Below, piece after piece: positions 23,301 to 43,400 of a stretch of DNA of 64,000 nt (position 1 is its first letter; each line of letters opens with the position of its first letter). The notes beneath the pieces are model-generated. The model made no database searches, was not told the origin of the DNA, and saw only the letters and a program-made list of their open reading frames with translations. Both the position numbers and the translations under genes were made by a program. This stretch comes from Oculina patagonica (lineage: Eukaryota). Location of the stretch: positions 5,518,001 through 5,582,000 of the forward strand of contig NC_135761.1 of NCBI RefSeq assembly GCF_052425735.1, written 5' to 3'.

Positions 23301-26300
23301 TGTGCGATCCTGCGAAGGCTGCGTGGCCCTCTCGCACCTTTCGCGTTTCTCCCACATGCGCGCAAGAAACTATACGGCGCCTGCAACGCAGTCTACGTTT
23401 TTTCCGTGTATCTAAATAAGCCATCCCATGTATGAGAACAATCAACAAATACATGGCAGTTTTCAAATTAAAAAGTCCAAGTGTCGACTTGAGGTAACTA
23501 TTTTCAATCAGTAGCCAGCCGCCAGCAGCTATGATTTTTGAGATGAGTAAACGATTTTTGTTTTTCTTTGTACTCTATCTGAAGTTGTTTTAACTTCTAA
23601 ATTTTTGTAGGTTGGAAAACGACAGCCTCTACAGGCATACCATGCTCTGTAATGGCCAGCAAGACATTTAAAATCTTAGAATCCTGTGACCACACAGAGG
23701 ATGGTAAGCCTGTGCTGTAATTAGAAGAAGTTATGTCTTACCTTAACAGCCACCTCCCTTCCATCATGCCTCACTGCTCGGTGAACCTGGGCTAGACTGG
23801 CTGATGCTATAGGGTCATAATCAAACTCCAAGAATAACTCGTGAGCCTTCTTACCAAAGTCCTCAAGGAAAAGCTTATCCACCTAGAATGGCACAAGAGA
23901 AGAGAAGAGAAGAGTATTCTGGTCAGAACAGCATGATCATAATTGCACAGGCCCGCAATGCAAGCACAGACAACAAAACCCATTTTTTGTGCTTGAAGTA
24001 AGAAAAGGAATAGACTTTGAAAAATCATTCTCACGAGCCTTTGAGAGATGAAGCTGCCAACTGATTGTTATCAGCTTGATGTATAACCTAGACTGCAAGC
24101 AGTCAGTTTTTGTTTCTGAAATCCTATGTGTGACCAGAAAAGTTGAAATTACGCAAATAAGGGGGGAAAATGAGGAGCTTGCATCACATTTGTGTTTTGA
24201 ACATGTCGCACACTAGGAAAAGACAGAGACTGTTCACAGTCTATGGAAGACCTCTAAATTTGAACACCCTTCACTACAGCACTGTACTGTAGTTTATGTT
24301 TTGTTTTTCAATTATAGTGGATGTGAGGTTTAAATATCAACCCCGTGGCAAAGGCAGTGTTTTGGGTACATCCTTAAAAAGAGCATATATTTAAGTATTT
24401 TTTAATACTTTAAGGCAAAAATGTCAATTAAAAAAGAGTTTGAACAACTGACCTCTCCATGTTTTCTTCGAAGAGCCTACAAAAATAATGAAAATATCTC
24501 AGTCAGAAAGGGTCAATAGATTGTGAACAGATAATCTTCCCAATAGATTACTGATGAGTGAGAAGCAATAGTAGACAAAGAAAAACAAACCCTGAGTGTC
24601 TTCTCAGTACCTTATCTTGCAACACTGGAAGAGTCTCTATGTATTCCCGTGGAAGTATATGATTAAAGCAAGCAAGACCTTGCCCTAGCTTGATGTAAAG
24701 CCCTCCATTGTCAATGGCTCCTATCACTATTCTGTCAGCTGCTCTCTGATGACAACCTTTAATAGCTTGCACATACTCCTCTCCATCCTACCAGAAAATA
24801 ATACAACAGGCAAAAAGATCACAATTATTGTCTTTTAGTAAACAGTTTTAAAAATAGTTATTTAACCTTTTTAGTTTCAAGATTATCCTGGCATGAAATT
24901 ATTAATTAAAATCTCCTTTAGTTACTGGCTTCTATACATTTCCTCTTGTGCTTAGTTCTGAGAATTATGTTATGGTATCACACCAAGATGATATATTTTT
25001 TTGTTAACTTTTTAAAACAGCATTTGGGAATTTTTCAAATTCTTTTTAACTTCCAGGACACTCAAGAGCCAGTGTTATTGGAAAATGGTCACTATTTTCC
25101 CTTGATCCGCGCCTGCTAGGAGTACTGAGTCAGTGTAGTGACTGTCTTTATAAACAATAATTTGTTTACTTACAGGATCTAAGTTCCGAAGAGTCCACCA
25201 GTAGTCCAAGGATATTGTCAAACCAACATGAAAGCACCTACCAAATATTATAATATTAAACCCAAGCAAATATTATAATAACCCAATTTAAAAAAAAATT
25301 AATTAGGTACTCAAATCTATTTCACTAGCCTTCCTGTAACTTAAGTAAATCAGAGTGAAAGCTAACCGCAAGCATTAACCAATGACTATCATTCTGCATT
25401 CTGCAAAATACCCTGCTGGTAATTTACCAAAACCACAGTTAAATATTCAGGTTAAGATCTGCTGAGATCTGCAGTTCATTAAGAGGCTACGTCAACTTGC
25501 TGCATTTGGCTGTAAATCATGCAACCATTCATAATACTTTCAAAAAGTTTTTGCCCTGGAGCCTGGATCATAAGGGCTTTCCTTTATTCTTAAAGCCTGA
25601 AAGTGGTGAGCACTTGGCAGGATGGCAGAAAAAAGGATTTTATACCAACAAATTAACTGATCAGTTGAGGAACAAGTGCCAGTTTTGGCAAATCTTCGTT
25701 CAAGCATTCGAAGAAGGCTTTGGCAGATTGTGTTTCTAAAAGTGGCATGTTATGCTAGTAGCAGTGATCGAAATTTTGCCAAATTATGCCAGAATTCCCA
25801 AATTATGCTCCTAATTTCCGAAATTATGCTCACAAAATGATGTAGATTCTGTACATAGAGGATGCGCAATAACGACACCAAATTATAATGTTTTTCAAAT
25901 AAACTGTTGTAAATTTATTTGTGTTTAATGGGAGTTTGTCTCCACCGTCAGCTGTCCAAATAAGCTGCTCACATCTCTGAATCCTTTGTAAAAGCCTTCA
26001 ACGACTTAACAATCACACATTGCAAGAACATACTACCTAAATTTAATTTATTTCTGTAGAAAATACTCCATATTTACTAAATTGTATGAAATTATTGCTA
26101 CAAAAAGTGCTAAAATGTGCTAACTGATTATGCCGTGGCAGTGCTTGTCTAAAAAATTATGCTTTTTTGCTCCAATTATGCCAAAAATTATGCTAGCACA
26201 ATCCGCCAAGGCCTAATTCAAAGAGTTTCTGAATTATTTCATCCAATCAAAAACTAGCAAGAGTACTCACGAGTCTCTGAAAGTAATAATGTTAGCAAAC

Positions 26301-26893
26301 ATATTGCGTTGCTTAGCAACTACTGGAACAAACATCATGGGCTCAGTCCCGTCTTGGAAGCAGGATTTCATCATCAACTGGTTTCCCCACCCCCTCCCCC
26401 AACTGTGATAAATATAGACCTGTGACTGGTGCTTTAAAGAGTCACATTTCTAAGGCGTGGACCCCTCTCACCTGCCCCATCCCATACCTGTCTCAACCCT
26501 CCGCTCCCTTCACCCCCCCCCCCTCTTCCCAGGTTTATTTGAGTGCATAATCCAGTTAACGATTGACCTTATTGAGAGAAAGAGCCATGATTTCTCAAGT
26601 ATTTTTACTTGCCTGAAAAATCTTCCTACTCCCTCCATTGAAACTCGAAGTCTTCTACGTTGTCTAGCTTCCCATAATCTGTTATGATATGCAGTGAAGC
26701 TCAATACAGTGCTACTTCCGAAAAAGAGCCAAAAACCTCTTCTTTGGAAAAGTCCTTTTCTTGCAGTATATTCCAATGCCTCTGAACTCTTTACTCGTAA
26801 TTGATTAGTTCTATAACAAAGCGCAAAATTACTCCTAGAAACAACCACAGGTCTCTGTAAGCTTGACCAAAGCGAACGTGACCCAGCCGCCAT
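15616..26893 (-). CDS. ADCK5: aarF-domain (ABC1/UbiB family) atypical kinase ADCK5, 15 coding exons
   Basis: Phase-consistent exons: 26613-26893, 25174-25237, 24611-24787, 24453-24476, 23742-23882, 21965-22078, 21114-21245, 20686-20769, 20272-20353, 19737-19815, 18496-18587, 17949-18132, 17319-17393, 16278-16373, 15616-15784. Motifs [49 protein letters not shown]; ISLDYWW and ALCQLW favour ADCK5 over ADCK1. Confidence 0.92.
16421..17157 (-). repeat. Tandem array (2.8 x ~264 bp), each unit containing a tRNA-like Pol III module
   Basis: Units start at 16421, 16685 and 16950 and are nearly identical. Each holds a minus-strand cloverleaf (first at 16473-16550) with A box TAGCTCAGTTGG and B box GGTTCGATTCC. 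Confidence 0.9.
17235..17307. repeat. (GACA)n microsatellite
   Basis: Visible tetranucleotide repeat. Confidence 0.9.
17720..17886 (-). mobile_element. tRNA-derived SINE
   Basis: Minus strand reads gtggcctagtggttatggtgctggacttgtaatccggaggccccgggttcaaatcc (A and B boxes), followed by a non-tRNA body. Confidence 0.75.
18917..19189 (-). mobile_element. tRNA-derived SINE (copies also at ~20455-20597 and ~34735-34812)
   Basis: Head tggcgcagtggtgagagc...gggttcgattcc, central gggtttttctccgggttctccg domain and (TTTA)n-like tail; three similar copies in the window. Confidence 0.85.
22196..22990. mobile_element. Kolobok-like MITE (same family as 36939-37312) carrying a nested ~360-bp inverted-repeat element (~22412-22772)
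   Basis: Shares tcgcagatttttggtctaaactgttctga ... atccgtgaca..tcccctttaa with the 36939 copy; extra internal block bounded by ttcgagcaat / attgctcgaa. Confidence 0.65.
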
Positions 26894-26975
26894 CTTTGTT
26901 TTTCTCATGAACATTTCAAACCTCTTACTTGAAGTATTTTGCGTTGAAGAAGAGAGTCTGGAACCAAAAGTCAAA
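26894..26975. promoter_or_regulatory. Very compact bidirectional promoter region ADCK5/NUDT21
   Basis: Only 82 bp separate the divergent ATGs; both lie in AARATGGCGG (YY1-like) contexts. Confidence 0.65.
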
Positions 26976-35649
<8,674 letters not shown>

Positions 35650-35988
35650 ATAAAGTGACATCGCAAGACAGACAGACGTCAAGAAAATGGATAGCTAAAT
35701 GATTTTTAGACATTTCTCTTTTACTTGTAATTTTCTGTATTTATTTCTTATAATTTGTTTGATATACATGTATGTCTCAGTTTTCGAAATAAAAACACGT
35801 TAAAAACCCTTGTAAAAGTGACTTTTGCCTATTCGCAACTTTACCGGGGAAATTTTCGCACAACTTGCCTTCCAATTTTATCGAGGCACAAGTTGCACAT
35901 TGAGGAACATTTACACCCTGAAATAAACATGTCTGCAACATTTTCGTGGCAGCTAGCAAGCGTTGCACGGACCAGAATCCAGGTTTAA

Positions 35989-36457
35989 CCGCAGGTGACC
36001 AAAGCGTACTATAAGATGTTGTCATAATTTTGAAAAGGCTAAAAAGAGATAAAAGTTATTAAAGTTCTTAAAAACAAAACGTTTTCGTTATCTCGAGGGT
36101 CATCATCAGTAAAACGTTGTATAAGAGTTTGTATGGATTTGAAATAAAACCAGAATTCTTTTTTCTTCCTTGAAAAGCTATAATAAAACTTAAAACCTTA
36201 CCTGTAGTCACTTTTTTTGTTTTTCTAGTGCTTTAGAATGCCATACGCGCGATTTTTGCTTCAACGGTCTATTACATGCTATCACGCGTATGGCTTACTA
36301 AAGCACTAGGGAAACAAAGAAGTGACACCAGGTATGGTTATAAGTTTTATTATTAATAGCTTTTAAATGTAGAAAAAGAATATATATTTTCAACTTTATT
36401 TTAGATCCTTACAAACTCTTATGATGCCTTATGGTACGCTTTTGGTCACCTGTGGTT
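35989..36457. mobile_element. piggyBac-like MITE
   Basis: ttaa|ccgcaggtgaccaaagcgtactataag ... cttatggtacgcttttggtcacctgtgg; long imperfect arms. Confidence 0.55.
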
Positions 36458-36469
36458 TGACTTTTTTAG

Positions 36470-36481
36470 ATTATTATTATT

Positions 36482-36558
<77 letters not shown>
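36470..36558. repeat. (ATT)n microsatellite
   Basis: Visible trinucleotide repeat. Confidence 0.95.
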
Positions 36559-36938
36559 TTTTGACAATGAATGCTGCAACAAACTCATTCATGCAGTGCA
36601 AAGGAGACATTATGATGGGAGTCCGGTCGCTTCGTTCCATTATATGGTCAGCTCGTTCCACGAAATAGTCACTTCGTTCATCATCCGTTTTGAGCCGAAA
36701 CAAGCGCGCTACACATGAATATACCTCGTTCTAAAATCCACGAGATAACGAACCATATTTCGCTGACGCTGGAACGAAGTGACTATTTTGTGGAACGATC
36801 TAACCAAAGGATGGGAACGAAGTGACCGCAATTTATTATGATGGTAGGTCTCCAAATCGCTTAAAATATATAAATCATCCACACTTTAATTGACAAAGCG
36901 GTTTTCAATTGAGAGGCGTAAAAGCAAAGTCAAATTAA

Positions 36939-37312
36939 AGGGACTATGTCACGGCGAGTTCGCAGATTTTTGGTCTAAACTGTTCTGAAATTAGTGGAAG
37001 GCAACCTAACCCATAAAAACAATACCTTTGAACATCTTAAAGAAGATAAAACATTAATTTCTGGATAGAAATCAAGCTACGGCTATAAATATCGATTTTT
37101 TTTTGAAGACGCACGGAAACAATTTGAAAACGTTTGCCTAACGTTTTCAAATTGCAATCCGCGTCATCCGCAGCCAATAATGCTATTTAACAGTTTCAAT
37201 GCTCTGATATAGCAATTTTTAATAAAAATGGACTATTATTTCTAGGTGTCATGAGACACAAATATAAATTTTGGCTGTTCAAAAATCTGGTAAAATCCGT
37301 GACATAGTCCCT
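36939..37312. mobile_element. Kolobok-like MITE
   Basis: TTAA TSD (36935-36938, 37313-37316) and perfect 16-bp TIR agggactatgtcacgg / ccgtgacatagtccct. Confidence 0.85.
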
Positions 37313-37924
37313 TTAAGGTAATTACAATAGCCAATTCAATCACAAAACTAAACAATGGATGAACCAAACAAAAACACGTAAACGGCGTGAAAAGCGCGGG
37401 AAAACGCAGGTGACCAAGTCGCGATTGGTTTTAGCATTTGTATCTGATTGGTTGGGAACTTTGGTGTGAGTATATAAAGTAACCACAGAGCATATATAGT
37501 AAAGCACACCAAGAAATTGCGGACCACTTTATGGGTAAAATAAAGTTTGTCCCATGGGGAACAAAACAGAAGTCGATACCCCGCGGCCGGTAATGCGTGT
37601 TATCTTACACAAAGGATAACCTGTCACCTAGCAATGAGGACCTGCTACAATATCAATGTCCCACCTTTTTATCACAAGATCGATACCAGAATTCTCTTTG
37701 CTGTTTCCGTTCATTTTCTATAACTTACCATGGGAGAGTTTCGTTTTCGATCAAACATATTTTTCAGGGAAGTGATCAGGTCTTATCTTTTATGGTTCAA
37801 GCGATCGCACGCTGATTAATTTGGTATCGTACCATAAACAGCACTGAGCAAGTAATCTTTCGCTGATATACAAGAAGTTGATTTCAAGTACTGTCCACGC
37901 GGGGAAAGAAAATTGTTACAAAGG

Positions 37925-39460
37925 ATGGGGTTTTCCTTAAAATTGAGATTTAGAATTGGAATGGAATTTCTTCTTATCGTATTGATTGAGCTAAGTATTG
38001 TTACAATCAGCCATGGGAAAAAGCCGCATATTGTTTTCATTTTGGCGGACGATTTGGGTTTCAATGATATTGGTTATCATAACTCAAAAATCAAAACAGA
38101 AGTCTTGGACGATTTGGCTCGCACAGGAGTTCGACTTGAAAATTACTACGTTCAACCTATTTGTACACCAACCAGAGCGCAGTTTTTAACAGGAAGATAC
38201 GATATCCACACTGGTTTACAACATGGCATCATTTGGCCTTCGCAGGCAAACGCTTTACCAAAGAACGAAACTACAATCGCGGAGAAATTGAAAGAGAATG
38301 GCTACAGAACCCACTTAGTTGGAAAATGGCATGTTGGGTTCTATAAGAAAGAGTTCGTTCCTACACGAAGGGGTTTTGATTCCTTTTACGGATTTTTAAC
38401 AGGTGGTCAGGATTATTACACGCATCGGAATCGACTTGGGTTTCCTAAAGAAGGTTACAAGTTTCTCAACGGTTATGATTTTTGGCGGAACGAAGAGCTA
38501 GTTCAAGATGTAGTCGGCGACTACACCACAATCCTTTTCGCGAAGGAAGCTGAGAAGATAATCAAACAACACGATCCGAAAAACCCGCTTTTCCTGTTTT
38601 TGTCGTTTCAAGCTCCTCATGCACCCCTTCAGGTACCAAGGCGATTTTTAAAGATGTACAAAAATATTAAAGATCATAATAGACGTGTTTATGCTGCCAT
38701 GGTTACGTGCATGGATGAGGCCATTGGCAACGTGACACGCGCGCTGAAGGAGCGCGACTTATGGAAAGACACCGTGTTGATTTTTAGCAGCGATAATGGA
38801 GGGCAGGTCACGGTTGGTGGAAATAACTGGCCGCTGCGAGGCTGGAAAGCGTCGCTATGGGAAGGCGGTATAAGGAGTGTAGGCTTTGTTAATAGCAAAC
38901 TAATAAAAAAACCTGAGAGAATTTACAGAGGGCTGACGCATGTATCGGACTGGTTTCCAACCCTCGCGCACTTGGCGGGAGCCTCAGTTGAGGGGATTCC
39001 TCTTGATGGAATTAATCAGTGGGCGAGTATCAGCGAGAACAAGCCATCTTTAAGGGAAGAAATACTACATAACATCGACCCTATAGACACATTCTGGGGA
39101 ACGCCTGATGGTTATTCTCACTGCCGTAACGCGGCTCTTAGGAAAGGAGATTGGAAACTACTCATTGGTTGCCCAGGAAACGGAGATTGGGTGCCAGCAG
39201 CAGAAATGGGCCAACCGACCCAGTCTTCCTCAAATCAGCATAACATCAACAGTGCTTTTCTCTTTAATGTTACTAACGATCCGCAAGAAAGGGACGAGCT
39301 CTCTGAGCAGTACCCGGATGTAGTGCGTGATTTACTAGCCAGGATTGAAATGTACAATTCTACTGCGGTTCCCGCTCGGTTTCCAGCTCCCGATCCTAAC
39401 TCTAAACCGACTAGGCATGGTGGAGTCTGGGTACCATGGATGGATAATGAACTTAGATAG
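37925..39460 (+). CDS. ARSB: Arylsulfatase B/I/J-like sulfatase, single exon
   Basis: Signal-like N-terminus (alternative ATG at 37961), PHIVFILADDLG, formylglycine motif CTPTR..LTGRY, GKWH.G, RGFD, SDNGG, NWPLRGWK..LWEGG, HVSDW.PTL. Confidence 0.88.
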   Translation: MGFSLKLRFRIGMEFLLIVLIELSIVTISHGKKPHIVFILADDLGFNDIGYHNSKIKTEVLDDLARTGVRLENYYVQPICTPTRAQFLTGRYDIHTGLQHGIIWPSQANALPKNETTIAEKLKENGYRTHLVGKWHVGFYKKEFVPTRRGFDSFYGFLTGGQDYYTHRNRLGFPKEGYKFLNGYDFWRNEELVQDVVGDYTTILFAKEAEKIIKQHDPKNPLFLFLSFQAPHAPLQVPRRFLKMYKNIKDHNRRVYAAMVTCMDEAIGNVTRALKERDLWKDTVLIFSSDNGGQVTVGGNNWPLRGWKASLWEGGIRSVGFVNSKLIKKPERIYRGLTHVSDWFPTLAHLAGASVEGIPLDGINQWASISENKPSLREEILHNIDPIDTFWGTPDGYSHCRNAALRKGDWKLLIGCPGNGDWVPAAEMGQPTQSSSNQHNINSAFLFNVTNDPQERDELSEQYPDVVRDLLARIEMYNSTAVPARFPAPDPNSKPTRHGGVWVPWMDNELR

Positions 39461-40408
39461 TATTACTAATGTTGCGAACGTGGGGTTCCTATGCCCGTGA
39501 TTAAGATAGGACTGTCTAAAACTCTAGATTTAAAATTCCTGTTCGCTCTTTTACATCGATCTTCCAACAAAACACCGAACCTTTTTTCAATGCAACTCAG
39601 AAGTAGTGAGCTCTTAACTTACTTTCAAATTCTGTTCAGTTGGGAAGCCGATTCAGTACAGAAAAACGCAATCAACCAATCAAGAGCAAGCAATCACTCC
39701 TTTTGTTACCAGAAGTATTCTCGATTATAAAAAAAAAATTCTTCCCCCCTTATCCAACCTGTATAATTCATTCTTTTCATGTCGATTGAAGCAGTATAGG
39801 CGTAGCATATGTACACCTACCCCTCCCATTAAGAAAGTCGAGAAAAGAGCCCTTTCTCCTGATTTTTCTAGTTGTCGGAAGTACAGTAGAATCCCGATTT
39901 CTCGAACCCTCGGTTTCTCGATTGCTAGAACCAATTTTCGTTTCTCTTGAATAGCCCTTCTCAAACGAGAAAATAAAAGAGAAAATAAAAACAGTGCATG
40001 TTAAGTTATATTTTCAATGGCGAACTGTTTTATTAGAGAACAAAAGCAAAGTAACACATCAGAAACAGTTCATGGTGTTTATTCACTTCACATTAAATTA
40101 CAAGGCAAAGGTAATAATCCTCTTCACAAATACATCAAGGCATTTTTTTTAACAACAGATGTATCCACGGTATAAACAAACACCAGAAATCACGAATTGT
40201 ACGATGGTGATCTGCTCAACAGATTTCTTTACAGCAAGCCTTGTTCAATAAATCAACAGAACACCAGGGCTTGATTGGGTGTGCAAAGCCAAAATTCACT
40301 GCTTAAAAAATATGGCACACTTCCAAAATGTTGGTTGTTTTTCACATTCATTGCTGACACAATCTCCATAAAAAGTTGTACATAAATCTTCTCAGGTTAT
40401 AGAACCTT

Positions 40409-43400
40409 TCAGGAGTGGGGTGAGGGGCGGTACATGATTTTACGACTCTTCAGCACCGACCACTTGTGACGCTTGTAGTAGTAGGTAACAAAAGTCAAGA
40501 ATCCTACAAGTACCATAGCCTGGGGAGAAAACAAGGGGAAGTCAGGAAAGACGTTTGAAGTGAATTAATTTTAGTCTTGTCAATTAATGAACCACACTTT
40601 AACTTTAAGCAGCTGAATTTCACTTATGACATGTAGTTCTTAAAAAACAATCTTTCCATAAATTAAACTTTCAGCATCAGAGTAAGTTGCAAATCTAGGG
40701 GAGGTTTTTGCTGTAACATATAAGGAATGAGGGGTTAAAACTCCCCCCCCCCCCCCCGCTTGTTGGCATGCCCCCATTTGAGCAAGAAAGGACCCATCCT
40801 CACTCTCTGCCCCCCTTTAGAGCTTTGAGTGTGTGGGTACTGGCTTGAGTTAGGTGCCCAAGTCGGTTTAAAATAAAACCTGCACACCAGCCTCCAAATT
40901 CCTTCCAACACACATCTCAACACTGACAAAAATTTGAGATCTACAAGGTTTGAAAGCTTCTTTTCTGCAACCATACTTTAAGTAGACAACAATTTACAGC
41001 CACACTGGCTTGTGTTAGCAGAAATAAGACGTGAATCACTTCTGGTAACCTCTTTGTTATTTCATTTTAATTTCATTGTATATATGTTCATGTAGAGTTG
41101 AATTTACCTTCATTCCCATTCTCTTACGATCATCATGTTCAGGTTCTGTAAGGGGAATCAAAAAGCCATAAGACACTTACATGTAACACAGGCACAATTA
41201 AAAGCCTTAAACGTACATGTATGACTGATGACCAAACATACACTTTGGAAACCTGTACAATAAATAAAATATGACATTTTCCTACCTGCGGCCCATTTTA
41301 GGAATGTACACACATCTTTAGCCAGCTGACTAATAGTAGCAGGTGTACCTAGAATCAAGTACAGATTCAGAAGTCAGTCAACAGTCATCAAGTATTTTTG
41401 AAGTATCATTAATTTTTGTTAACCTGAGTGTCTTAAATGTCAATTATTGAGACACTCACTTCTTGAACATTGAGTCACAAAACGTGGGGGAATCATCAAA
41501 CTGCGAATTGCTCAATACTTTTCTTTTCAGTTTTCAAGGTTCAAACATTATTTTTTCAGGGCTTTTCCAGGATTTACGTTGTTCTGATTGTAGTCATGAG
41601 GGGTAATATTTATTTTTACAAGCTTACCGTCCTCGTATTCAATGATTTCATTGTAAAGCGCTGGTGCCATAGCTATTGACTGTCCAGGGAAGTAAGGATT
41701 AAAGTACAAGTCTTCTTTAACTTCTACCCCAGCGGGAGGATCCATGTACCCAGTCAGGATAGCAAATACATAGTCCTGAAAAAATCACAACAACAAATAT
41801 ATGTAACATCGCACATGTATGTATTAAAAAACATAGAAGAACAAACGTATCCAAGATGTGATTCTACCAAATGCACACTTTGACTTACCTCTCCGCCATG
41901 TCTTGCTGATGTTATAAGACTTAGATCAGGTGGATAAGCACCTAAAATACAGTGAAAAAAAAAAGCAATTTGCATTCACCATGATAATAAATGACGCTGC
42001 ACGACACATACTACACTTAAATGTATGGTTAACATGTCTCCTTTTGGTACATGTTAGCCTAATGCTGATGTTCGTGACGGAAAAGACAAAGTTAAGGATT
42101 GATGGCAAGGGTGGGGTTGGTAAGGATTTCCTTTTTTCTTCCCAGGCCACAATTATTGCCATGTACTGGCTAGTGAGAGCCTTGGTGAAACTGGATGGGA
42201 ATAACTTGTGACTTGTCACAAGTTATTGTAGCTAATGCAGTTGCTCAGTTATGTTCAAGAATCTTGTTTCTCTTGATAATGTGTGGCTTGAAAAACATGC
42301 AAACTCAGGGATGTAGCTAAGAAAAAACTAAGCTGGCTCGTTAAATAGCCCACCCGGCGTTTCTGGTCTGTACAGTATATCCTCAAAATTATCCTAGGTC
42401 TTTTGTTTTCTAGTGAGATTTCTGCCGGCCATAAGCTCTCTTTCAGCCAGTGAAATTAGCGACATCCCTGCAAACTACATTAATTTACAGAACAGTTCAC
42501 AGGTTATGTAGCAGAGTGTACATAAGTATTTCTTACCAACATTCGCAGCTCTGGCAGCTTGTTCATTGGGATATGGCTTGGGAAAAGTATCTGACAACTA
42601 AAAAAGCAGGAGACAGTTCAATCAGTATACTTTTGCAGAACTGAAACACAGATCTCTTAGAAAGTTGTACACATGGACAATCTCTTTCTTTTTATTTCTT
42701 TGCCTAGCATGCAAACTATAATGTCCACACAAAGAACACAACTTAAAATACACCAAAGTACTTAGGGTAGCACATGCTACATGACTGTCCTGGTCATTGG
42801 ACAAGTACAGTATTGTTAAATATGTTAATTAGAACTGGAAAATCTACTATTAAATGGGTATACAGTCACACACACACATGTGCCATTCATGATAATAAGA
42901 TAGGGCTTTCCCTTGTCAACAGGCAACCAGCAATTTGTGTCAACTCCATTACACTGTATGACTTTGAAACTTTGATTTTTATCTTCAAGAAAGTGGGAAT
43001 CTTTGGGGGCTCTCAAAAACGTTTGGAATTGCTCTATGATTATGGTTGTCAAACAGCAAAATTAATGTGCAATACAGTTGTCATTTTGTCATTCACCAGC
43101 GACAGAATGTAATAACTGTATGTTACTTAACAAATCAAAAGATCCATTTACAACATTGCTCACAGTCTCACCTTTCCTGGTCTAGTGAACATGTTTCCAT
43201 CATCATCAGGACCATCTTCAATCTGAGCCTGTCAACAAAACAAATACTTGCTACTGTCATGTACATTTATTGTTACCTGTACGTGCAAAAATAATATTCA
43301 GTGTAGCCACATCAGTGCTTCAAGCTCAAGTTTTTCAGAAGTCGCCCTTTGGCGACTTCCTTTTGTAAAATGGTCGCCACTAGAAAAATTTTGGTCGCCA

